The position numbers were made by a program, and so were the translations under genes. From Iphione sp. A-MEVVRFRX5 (lineage: Eukaryota): a stretch of DNA of 64,000 nucleotides. The notes under the pieces were generated by a model. That model saw nothing but the letters and a program-made list of their open reading frames with translations, ran no database searches and was not told where the DNA came from. The DNA is taken from NCBI GenBank assembly GCA_976226885.1, contig OZ320316.1, forward strand, positions 85,994,001 to 86,058,000. Reading direction: 5' to 3'. Below, piece after piece: positions 49,179 through 61,004 of this stretch (the stretch's first letter is position 1; each line of letters opens with the position of its first letter).

Positions 49179-52100
49179 TCATGGAGGTTGAAGCATATTG
49201 GTGGAAATTGTGTGTTTTTTTGTGGAGCTTCATTTTTCTCCGGATACACGCATCCGTGGTGCAGATACAAAGTCTGGATACATGGAAACCGGGCCTACGA
49301 GATACTTCACTGTTTTCGTCAGTCATCCACGATCTGATACTGTATGTAACCATCGTAGATACATGGTTCTCCAGACTTTATTAGCTTCCAGTGATGTTAC
49401 AAATCTATTGTAATTCTTAGCATTACTATTTATACATCAACAAATACCTTCTTCAACATGTTCCTCGTGCACAGTTGGAATATCTGTCTTTTCGATTGTT
49501 TCCGTTGATTCATTTTGTTCATCGTCTTCATCCAAATCGTTGTTCCTCTGTGACTTCTTTGACGGCCTCGACACCTATGAGTCAGATCGGTGACATAATA
49601 TTTAAGCTACGCAGACAGGTGAAGTTCACGGTAGGTCATTAGTGATTCAGTAGGCCTAAAGGTAATGTTACACCTAGTTATAATACTGTCTCGCTGACGG
49701 GTGCTAAGCCGTACGTATACTAAGGTATCCCTTTAAGCACTGACTATGAATAGTCACAAACAGAACAGAACGATATAAACGATTCAGAATCTGCATCTTG
49801 GTCCTTTCATTTCCAAAGGAGATGTGGGCGAAACATTACCAAAAGAAAAAATGTTTTGCTAATACATGTATATTAGACAACAAAGTTTAGCAACAACCAA
49901 GCCAAGGGGGTATCGGGGGTATCAGACGATACCCCCAAAGAGATTGATTACTATAGATCCTTATATAGATTAACAAAAATTAGTTCCACCTCTGTGGTAT
50001 TGGGGGTATCGTCCGATACCCCCCATAAAAATCCCTGGCTACGGGCCTGCTATGCGACAAAGAGCCATAATTATGGTTTAATTTAATAGATTGAGAACAG
50101 CTATCATCTTGTTGTTAATCAGTTGCTTATCCTATTTATATTCGAACATGTATAAAACGGATGTTTGGGGGATGTTGGCTTTGTTACGTTCTTGATATTT
50201 TCCGTCGGTTTGAATCTTTATTGAATACAAAAAAAAATTACATCCACTTCAATCCTTAAAGAAATCCATATTTCAGACATTGTGACAATCTATGTGAGGT
50301 GCAATAAAAGTACGCCAATAAATATATACATGTACTTCACAAGCTCATTGCAAAACCTACATACAGGTGAGATTCTGCTGGCCGTGTCATGTTCCGCGTC
50401 GTGAGACGGGGACGCAACGACTTCGACGCCTAGCGTTGTTCCAAATGGATTGCTCACTAGCGGCTCCTCGCGGGTTATCTGTGAAGTATAGCCATGCGCC
50501 CTTCAGTGCGAATTCGGTGAAGAATAGCAACAAATGCAGCGTGCATTGGACAAGAAGCTGCGTAGTGCTCAATAGTGAACTGCGTTAGCGTGTAAAAAAA
50601 ATCCAGAATCACAACGTACGTCACTTTGACACCCGTGAGTATTTGCTCTCTCACGGACAACCATAATTGACATGCAGATACATCAAATAAATGTACCTTC
50701 TTTTTAATTTTACCTCCTCTTGTGCTAAAAAAATTCTACATCACATCATCCCCATTAGTACATATGCAATTTTTTCGTATGGAAGCCGGTTGTAACATTC
50801 ATTCAAGCTATATAGCCAGATAAAACTCCAAAAATATATAAGCATCCGTTTTTAAATCAGCAAACTTGAGTCTAAATCAAACTAACTAATCAAATTATGT
50901 ACAGGATAAAGCATTTACCTGTGGAAGGGTTATTTGGGCTGTAGATTTCAACTTCCTCTGTTTGGCCTGAACTCCGAGCATTGCTTTGTGAAAAAAAGAA
51001 AAGGTAAAACCATCTTAGTGCCTTGTCTTGTCACTGACCAATCCAAGTCTACTCGACTTTTTTTCATACAGGGGGCTCGCATAGTGATTGAGATAAATAA
51101 AACAAAAAAATCCCTCAAGAGTAGCAAAATACCATTGATTTATAATCTGGGAAAACAGTGATTCACGTGAGGCTCGAATGACTTGTGATCCACTCTTCTG
51201 GTTCGCTGACATAGTATCTGAATTGATCACAACCTAATACGAAGAATGCAAAATGAAACGTTTCGAAAGCATTAAATATTAGTCTTGCACGTCACCTCTT
51301 TTCATTCTGTATTTTTACTCACCATCAGCATGACTGAATGGCTTGCCACATCCCAATGCTTCAATTCGTGGGGTGACGAATTTACTTTCATTTGATGCGC
51401 GTGCATCAATGACTGGCTGGGCCCTGACAACCTTGACTTGTCCCTGTTAAAATTACAAATATATACATTGGTACGTGAATTATTCGTTACTGGGTCCATA
51501 TGGTCCATAACATCAAATTTGACTGTTGTAGCGGTGCTTCCTAGTGGAAAACAAATTTATCGTTTAAATGCAATAAAATGGCTATAGGCCTACTTTTAAA
51601 CACGGGAGCAGTTAATTTTGTTGATGTCCTCATAGGAAAAAGCATTTTAATTATGCTCACCGACTTAACGATATGAAGCCATGGTGTTCTGTTGGAGTCT
51701 TTGACAATCACCTTTCCTGTTCTGTAATATAGGTAGGCATTCAACATGTACATAATTATATAGGAATATGCATATCATAAAGCAGTCATCCTTGCACATG
51801 TAGTAAAACCTCGTTTAGAGGAACAGCCATCGTCCCCAGTTAAAGTGTCCGTGTCATGAGCTTTCCTGCAAATTCTGCCCCATTACAGAGATGGCCTTTG
51901 TTCTGGCGAAGCATTTGTTTACAGGTGCTTGTGCCCACCGGAAATAAGCCATATATCTAACAGTCTGCATACAGACAAAATAACACAGGTATATGTATAA
52001 TCGTCAACAGCATTTAGTCTCCCAAGGAAAGTCTACAGCGGCACACACTGTTGAGGAGAAATAACCTTGTTTCATGATATTATGTGAGACTAAGTTTTAA

Positions 52101-55100
52101 ATTTCAGGCTATTCATGAATGACAATTCAATAGTGATCATGATATCAGAAAAAAATACGACCAAGAGCTCACCCGTAATAAGTATATTCTATCGCTTCTG
52201 GGCTGAATGTAAATCTCTCTACTGGAAACTCCTCGAAAAGATCTAAGGACCTATTAATACGAAGAAGAGAAAATTGAATCAGTTTGAAGAAGATCTTTCC
52301 AAAAAAATATTACAAACATAAACTCTACGGGAACTTTCACGTGTAATTCTGATTTTTGCAGTAGCGCAATTTCTGTATAACTTGAGAATAATTTACTTGA
52401 TATTGATCGGGTACTTACTTCAGAAAATCAATCGGTGGGCCGACAGTTGTATGTTGCAAGTACTCAAATGCCTAAGGTAAACAACATTGATATGAATTAA
52501 TGCCGTCAAAAAACAATAAAGGTTGCATTGAAGTAAATTGAATTGAATATTGGCTATATTCACCTCTTATCGTATAATATATTATACATCGAGGTCTTCC
52601 GGTGAACACAGGGCATATTAATTGACATAATAAAAAAACGAAATGAGTTACAAAATGAGATACAATAATAGAAAGGAGGAGATGAGTTACAATTAAGAGA
52701 ACAATGGTGGACACTTTACGTTTATGTTCAAAATTTCAAACTACAGGTGAGCATGTACCAGAAAAATGCCTTGCGAGTTAAATCATTGAATAATAATTTG
52801 TATACTGTAAATCGCTAAGAGGGTTCTGGGGACCAGGTGCGTATACTTACATCCTTATCGACGATTAGAACCTCAACCTGTCCTTTAGCAACTAAACTAT
52901 CCTCCCTTGGCAACTGCTTTTCCATTAACTCAGGCTGTAAAGGAACCAGTACATTCTGTATCATATTGATCTATAATTAATACATTGTCTTCTATACAAG
53001 ACAGGTCATCTAAGGTTTCGTTTTATCGTCCAACTTGAATGGATAAAATATTAGTTGTGTAAACTACACCTTTATCTACATATGCAGGGCGGGGGTGGGT
53101 GGGACGCAACTGAAGTGCCTGGGGCATGAAAGGTCGGGAACAGTATTTGGCATGGTGGCAGTGTTTGCAGATTGGTGGCCGAATGACTTACAAGAGGGCA
53201 TTGAGCAAGCACAAAAAGCACCTGAAGTGAGTTCCATACGTGGTGCTCCACTGCCAAAGCTGCGACTAATGTCACCCACTGCGTACATCCTCTAAAGGGG
53301 ACTCTTACCTCCCGCTGCCATGACACACTAAACGCAATATCTGACCATGTGCTATCCTCACGTACTCTATATCAATATACTTTATGTACCCCGTGTGTCT
53401 ATTTAATTTAAAGGGAATCTATTATGAAAACTATATGTTGTGGGGGTTTATATATGGTACATCCTTATCGGCAAAGGCGTGAATTGAGATGTCCTGATTT
53501 GGTTTATTCTTATAGTTTGAACCTTTCAAAATCATAGGAATTATCTGCAGATAATATGGACTTTGCCAAAGTTAGACCGCTCTTCGGCGCAACATTTCAC
53601 CATGGGTCCGCGACGTGCTTTGCATAATATTTGTTTGGTGTTGTCCTGAGTACGTTATGTACATAAACATATGTCACGGAAAGAACTATCTTACATCCGT
53701 GGTCATGCCTTTAGTTAGGAAGCCCATTCCTTTGGTAACTTGTCCTGTTGAGAGTTGGTACTGACGGAATAGGCCAACTGTAAATTGAAAGATTTATACG
53801 GATATTAATAACACAATATCGATTATAACAAATATACGAACTGGCTTTTCTATTCTATTCTATTTCTACATTATCAATTTTTACAACGACACCACCGTCC
53901 TGTACCCAGAATGTAGCAATGATAATGTAACTGAGGTGATTCGATCACATGCAATCTACGCTGCATGTGCGCATGCGTAGCGTTAAACGGGACCAATAAC
54001 AAGTTCATTGTACATTAGGGTTCTCTAAGGTTTAGTTACGGAAAAGGAAATCTGGATTGTACAAGGCCATAAAAGCAGGTACAGGTGTTTTTACCTTTGC
54101 CAGATATTATATAGTAGAAACGATCGGGTGCGCGTCCTTGTTTACTAATAATACGTCCGTTGTCGTATCTGCACGAACAAGAGTTAACCAATGTTACGGC
54201 CAACTTTCACTCAATGGGATTATAAAAAATGATTGAAAAGAATACACAGTCATAGCATAACATTTGGATAATTCTACATCGAGTTTCTTGGTGGTTAATA
54301 CTAGCTTTTCCATTACTGAATGTGTTCAATAGGGAACAAAACTGCAGCAAACTTTGAACAGGGCACCTTGGTCCGTTATTTAACGAACTAAATACATGTA
54401 AACGCGTATATGTATGCAAGATCAACTTTGAACGTTATTAAGATCACTATGGCGCTAATAGGAGCATATTAGATTCGACTACAATTATGAAATCTGTTTT
54501 CCTAAAGGCTCAAGGGAGGGGTTTATATGTTGATCGTTGGATTAACGGCTTTAAGCTGCCATTAATCTATGGACTGGGCAGCTAAGACGGACGTCAGTAA
54601 TCGGGCTATGCCCTTGTTGGTCATGTCGGCTCTTCGAACACCAAGACACATTACTGGATTTATCATACAACTGTGAAGGGACGTGAATATACACAACGAT
54701 TTTTTTTATATAAACCAACGTCATATATTTACGCATATATAAACGTATGCAGACTGCACGAGCTACTCTGACCTTATACGACACGTGGTGAATCAACAAA
54801 CTATATAAGCGACAGGGTCCAAACTTATCAATCTTAAATTTATTGTTAACCAGAAAGTCAGGTTTGGACGGTAAAATATGGTGATCACCTGCGTCGAATT
54901 TATATTATGACAGGCCAAAAATGTCCCTTTTCCCAAATGTTTTCTTGTGGCGAGGTGCAAGAATATTTTATTCTGAAAAATAAATTATCCCAGAAAGCAA
55001 GCACCTATCCCTCCTTGTTAATATGTTATTCTTGTGCGAGTTGGTAAATATATTTAATCCCATACCAAGACTTGTGTCAACATAGGCTTCCTACATAATA

Positions 55101-58100
55101 TCCAATTTCATTCTGATTCAATATATTTTTTGGCAAGGAAGTGCCTGCTATTAAGAACATCTGTTCCCAAGAAGAAAATCTCCTTGCAACTGGCCCTTAA
55201 TTTGATCGACCAACATCATACATATATACATGCATGTATAATTATGTGAAATGTAAAGTATCATCACAACTCCTTATAGGCCTACTAATGCGAATGTACG
55301 TCGTATACGAAGTACAAAGCTGCTAAATTCCATTGAATATAGATTCTTTCGGACTTGAGTGAGATAATATGGATGTATTTAGTTTCTACTGTCCGCAACG
55401 TTTAAACTTTATCAAATCAAACCATTTTTTCAGCGGATAGCTTATAGATACCAATATAAATATTATCAAATGCCATTTAAGGGAAGAACTATTTAGCAGA
55501 TCTGACATGAAATAAGGACGGTCTTGAATAGTACAGAATGTGATTTCTTTTAAAATGATAGGTGACCATCAAGTGGACATGTCTTGAAATTACCACGGTT
55601 TTCCTCGATACATATAGCTGTCTGCACTGTGCGAATCTACTGTGTATCAGTACAGTGATCAGGCGTAACAGTTCTGGAAGACAGGCCACGAACCGAAGAA
55701 GAAACACACAGATTGGACACTGCATGCATTTTGCAATGTTTTTTTTGCATATTGCAACATCAAAATGTTATAACTTATTCTCGAATAACATACCTCTCGT
55801 ATCCTACAACCTTTGCCAACTCCATCTCCATTTCTGCCGGGAACAAATTTTTGAATGCTTTCGTTGCTCGAAGTAACCACAGGATCTATAAAATAAAACT
55901 TGTTTTTAATTCATAGAAATGAATGACATAAAAATTTGATACATGAAAATTCACTAGATTGCTGTGAGCGTCAACGCAAATTACACTTGGTCTGTTCTTG
56001 CAACCTTTTTACTGGTGCTCCTATAGATATACAATTGCATATAAACTACGAACGTCATAAAACAGCACGGAAAAAATAAACTGAAAAGACTTATGCATAT
56101 TTTACAAAACATACAAGAAAAGGATGTATCTTTACACAGTAGACTTACCCTTCGGACTGTTTTCGTTGTTCGAAGGTGAGGTCGTGTTGTAAGGGCCAGG
56201 AGAAGGTCTAAGCCCAACTACAAAAGGGTCATTCCGAAGGTTATGTGAGCGGTGAGGACAATAGATACTGAGTAAACGAATGCAGCTTTATAGTTAATGA
56301 ACGTATATATTCTATATGTAAGCATATGCAATTCATAATATGAACCTCGTATAATTCATCATCTTCTTTGGCCCAATTACCGCCATTTTCACTATTGTTA
56401 ATTACATGTAGTGTATATTGATATGATTCAGCTCCAATACTTTGAGATATGGTGAATTCCTTCAAAACGGTTTTATGAAGACAGGAGTTCTCACACTTGG
56501 TTTATCAGGAGTTGAGGTGTCAGTGGTAGGCTCTGGTTCGGCATTGCCGTCCACACGTCTGCGCATCTGACCAGATTCAGCCGGTTGGTTCACGTACCTT
56601 CGGAAATTATTCAATATGTGAACTTTATTGAATGAAACCATTGACAGTGACATTACGACAGAAATCCAATCAACCAAAGGAATCTTCTTAAAGCATTATA
56701 ATGAACTTACTGCCGCCGATTTTGAATGCCTCTCGACATAAGGAGGATTATACTGGACGCCCATCGAAGTTTGTGGATTGGCTACAAAAATAAAGGTGTT
56801 TGAACGTAAAATACTTGTACTAATACTTCAAGCCATTTACTTGGCTAAAACGATTTTAACGTCGAGTGCCCTTTGGGATCATTATCGTACTACCCCTGGC
56901 GCCATTCCGTTTTCTTTCGATTTTTAACATTCTTCAATGAAGGGTTAAAAATGTGTGGGTTTTCTTTTTTTGCATGAATTAAGTTCAAAACGATTGATTT
57001 TTTCTCTGACTAATCCATGGAGAGAATGCTGCGTGAAGACCACTTGTGGACATTTGAGTTGTACTAAATGATCTGTCTAAATGCACGAATTTGATGTAGT
57101 TAATCACCTGTCAAACAAGTAAAATTAAAGATTTGTATACATCGCTTCGACATATCCTCATCGATCCCCTGATGCTCTTGCTTGCCTAGGGGGCACCCCT
57201 GAATAGGGAGTATATTGCGCCGTTGATGCGTGATATCCCCAAGGAGAAGGTTTAACCGAATGTCTTGCTCCGTAAGGGTCTGGAGCTGGAAGGCTTCATT
57301 TATCAAAAGTGTACACACCTATTTTAGATTAACCACCTTTATTTCCAGTGTAAATTACCACTAAATATGTGAGGCTGTTTAACAAAGTATATCCGAAAGT
57401 TTTCATTACATGTCTGGAAAACTCAGTCAAGTCAAGAAATAAATATGGTATTGTGCATAAATTGAAGCAAGAGACATTGACATAACAATGCACAGTGCGA
57501 TAGAATACGAAGAAATTCAATATATATATACATGTATTAATCAAGTCAGTTTCGAACATTATGCAGAAAGCCATTGGAAGGCGTGACAGTGTATAGAGGG
57601 TTCTTATCTGTTACAGGCAGGACGATATGTAGACATCAATATCCTCATGGGCACTGTAAATGTGATTCAACGGGTGCCACTGAGTATAATACATATATGT
57701 AGGAAAAAAACGTGTTTGAGGATTAGTCAACAAAATCTAAGGGACTTACTCTACTTATGTATTTCACAGCTCTTGCCATCAAGATAGCCTCCTGATATGC
57801 ATATTAAAATAATTATTATAAAGAAAGTTTAAAAAAAGTAGTGCATGTTGTCTCCATTGGACAGTTACTGATAGTACCAGCATTCCTACAATCTAAAACA
57901 AAGGATAAGTAAGTTCAATCAAATTATAAGAAGTATTTCTTCAAATATTCCTTTAACCATACTGCCTGTATATCTAACAGATTATTCTGCTTCAAAAATA
58001 CCTTAAATTTGGTTGTCCTGAGGTGTGAAATTTGAAATTGCATTGCGAAATGGAAAATTGTTTGCAGCCAATAATCTGTACATATACTTCTTACATTCTT

Positions 58101-61004
58101 CACTTGCCGGATAAATATTATTTTATTAGCAGCATCACACAGAGTATTGTATCGAATAATGTCAGAGCGAACAAACAGTTGTTAAATTATGGGCACTTCT
58201 GTTAAACAAATCTACATAATCAAGTCCTTTTTAGATGATATTTATATTCACTACAATAGATATAAGAAAGCGTCTTGGACTTGGTTATGCTGATGTTCTA
58301 AAGCCCCATGCTTAATAGCTCTATCGAGACTAAAATCCCACGGGAGCAGCCCAAAGAAGCCTGGATGTTGGATGCCAAGATGCAAAGTATTGACTGAGGT
58401 TGCACGGCAACAACGAACACATGGCTACTCACCTTCCATCCTTTACGCCTTGCTTTTTTCACTGTAGCTATTGGCATCTCGTTCATCCGCTGTAGGTAGC
58501 AGAGGTAAATGTATTATTCTTTATAAAAGAATATATATATGTGTTGGTGCAAAGCATCCTTCAGGACATTTTCTACATAAGATGATTAGACGAAGTGCTT
58601 TACATGTACATGTACTTTATTAGTTATTGGTTTAAGCTATATATAGACAAAGCATAATAGCAAAGGTTGCACTGAAGGAAATTAATGTTACTACAGTATA
58701 TCCCCCTTCCCACGAAGATATGTAAATAGATGTATGCGAGGGGTAGATATAGAACGAGGAAGGGCTCGTATGTGAAATACAGCAAGTTCATGATTAAAGA
58801 GGTAATGGAAAACAGGAGGAAGGTATAGCGATTGATCATACAGGAGGGTAGATGCACTAAACCTCTCGATTCTCTAATAGTTAATGCATATCAGGAAGTG
58901 GGAGCTTCAACTGACAAATTGCCATGTGACATGACGACATGTTTTATGGTCACAATATTTGTCAATCAAACTGTTCCATAGCCAATGACATTATGCTATT
59001 TTGTCATGTGACTTGTGTAACCAATCCATGAAGACGACATTTGAGCAAAACTGTTGCTCATATGTGACCGTATTAAAATTATGACTGTCACATGTCATTA
59101 TGTGTTTATGTAAATGTATAGACATTATATTGATTGAGAACATACTGAGGCATCTATATTTATTTTCAAAGTATTTGAGAAAGTGCAGTATACTGATACT
59201 ATAACTAGAAACCTTTTTTTAGAATTTTGAACATTGTACATGACAATAGTAAAAGTATGACTGTCACACTGTGATGGGTGGACGTGGCTACGTGACAGTA
59301 CAGTGATGTGTCAAATTGTAACCTCTCCTTAGTGTAAAAATTTGAAAACTGTCATACCAGGGGCATGCCTATCCCTTCAGAGAAAACATTAACATAAACA
59401 GAAATGTAACTGTCATGTTGACTCTGTCAGGGAAGTGTTAGGCATGCACATGTTCCATGTAAATGTTTATAATACGTCAGCGTCAGTGTGTTGACGGAAA
59501 TGTTTAAATTTAACTAAATAACAGCGTTTGTATAGCATAATTATGCTCCATGTGTGCGTGAGTGTCACTACGTTACTACATCAGTGTATCAATACTTCAG
59601 TCAGAGCAAATAAGGTGCACGATTTGTACCAGGCTGCTTTATTATTTAGGAAGATATTGGTAAAATATTGCTTATTTTCACATTGAAAACCCGTGAACCT
59701 GACGAGTTACTCAATACACTTACCAGAATGCGCTCGCGTTGCTCTTGGGTGAGACGGTCCAGCACGCTGCGCTCGTCTTTGCGCGGCTTGGCCATCATCC
59801 GGAGTTCCTCGAGCCGATCCTCGATGGCGTCGACCGTATCCTCATCTGAAACATGAATGGTCAGGCGGTTCTTACGACTTTCGAAGCGCTTCATACGCGA
59901 CTTGTTCTCCTCGTCGAGCAGCCAGTTGTGGCGGACCTCCTCCTCGGCCTGGCGCTCGGCCTCGCGCAGCTGGCTGTCCGGCGTACCCTCCCGGGGTACG
60001 TAGGCGCTCTCCGTCGTTGTTGTAAAGCCCGACTGCAAGAAGATGTTCGAACCCTCCTCGTCGTCTGTTTCGAACTCGTCTTCGTCGTCGTTGCCCGTCG
60101 TGGTCGCTGTTGTTGTACTCCCTTTGACGGTGTGTTTTGAACTACCGGTAGCCATCGTCGCCGTCGACGCTGTTGCGCCGTCACTGCTGGCTTTCTTGCC
60201 GCCGGGCCCTTTCACCTTTTTGCGGCGCTTGCTTTTAATATTGCCCAGGGCGTTGCTCTGCGCATCCTCTGCGATGTGGGTATCTGATATGCTCGGTAAT
60301 CTGCTGGAGGAGCTAAATAGCCCTCCAGCGGGTGCAGATCCCTCTACAATGGTGTTGATATCGCTCGGCATGGACGCACTATTAATGGTGGGTAGTTTCT
60401 CCACCGAAGCAGCGCCCGTCGGCACTTTTGATTTGTTTAACTGGGGACTACTCCGGTAAAGCCGGGTACCTCCGACCGTCGTCATTTTCAGGCGGAATCT
60501 ACCAGCACGACCGCCACTAAAACCTGCACCAAGGCTTCGCGTAGTATCCGAGCTGCTCTGACCCCCTGAGGACAGGAGTGAGAGAGAGGAGTTGAACCGC
60601 CTAAGCGGGTAGGGCAGGCTGGCATCCGGCGCGACAAGCTGCCTGTCCGTGAGGGCAAGCTGGTGGTAGTTATGGTGGTGTGAACGCGGTCCCTCGCGCT
60701 CCTCAAACAGAGGACCCAGGCTGCCAGCCCCCGGAAAGCCGGCGCGCCCACCTGAGCGGCTGAAGAAACTGTCGTTGGAGACGTACAAACCGCCACCCAG
60801 CCTTTTCTTGACGTGCCTCCTCAGCCAAGTGGTTGCCGTCCTTTTATAGACATCGTCACCTAACAGATTGGCTTCCTCACCCGACGAATCTCCGTCGACC
60901 GGGGATCGCGATCGCGGAATAAGGCGAGCGCCTACTCCTCCAGGAAGCTTGGCAATAGTCTGATCTCCTAAGAAAAACTTCTCAGCTGCTTCGAACGTGG
61001 TCAT
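45972..61004 (-). CDS. CNBD2: Cyclic nucleotide-binding domain protein (CNBD2-like), ~1041 aa. Exons 61004-59724, 58489-58433, 56781-56711, 56391-56346, 56217-56149, 55885-55794, 54168-54095, 53777-53695, 52934-52851, 52471-52419, 52250-52173, 51721-51661, 51443-51323, 50983-50919, 50478-50365, 49574-49448, 48512-48394, (47937-47910), 47308-47076, 46885-46832, 46436-46347, 46097-45972
   Basis: A phase-consistent GT-AG chain giving YERYDNGRIISKQGRAPDRFYYIISGKV (CNB beta-barrel), VEVLIVDKD, GKVIVKDSNRTPWLHIVKSGQVKV, LGVLSPGDVFGL, LSDGAEVIKISKRFF and EYISEEEAQ..WAQYK. The symbol is family-level only. The 28-nt exon and 56391-56346 are the weakest assignments. Confidence 0.82.
47775..47858. repeat. 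43-bp tandem duplication in an intron
   Basis: TTCAAGGTGAGCTAAATCAAATACATTC(G/A)CATTCTTCTGAA occurs twice. Confidence 0.85.
48690..48968 (+). mobile_element. Short 3' fragment of an L2-type LINE with a (TTTGA)n tail
   Basis: QATNQLYRRSFIVQGIIQWNAL, then AATAAA (48942) AATGG TTTGA x3. A similar tail occurs on the minus strand at ~55410-55430. Confidence 0.7.
49112..49176. repeat. Compound (CT)n(AT)n microsatellite
   Basis: Direct reading. Confidence 0.95.
58880..59450 (-). repeat. Interspersed repeat, inverted relative of 39190-39720
   Basis: See the 39190-39720 feature. Confidence 0.8.

Noticed and set aside
51167-51233. Candidate extra CNBD exon (VVINSDTMSANQKSGSQVIRAS)
   Set aside because: Exons 51443-51323 and 50983-50919 join in phase without it, and its donor is weak.
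53072-53326. GC-richer intronic block with ORFs on both strands
   Set aside because: No recognisable protein or RNA motif; probably a TE fragment, unclassifiable by eye.
55608-55677. Candidate CNBD exon (LLRLITVLIHSRF..)
   Set aside because: It is phase-incompatible with the neighbouring exons 55885-55794 and 54168-54095, which join directly.
57100-57318. 72-aa minus-strand ORF in CNBD intron 2
   Set aside because: There is no compatible donor phase, and exons 58489-58433 and 56781-56711 join cleanly.
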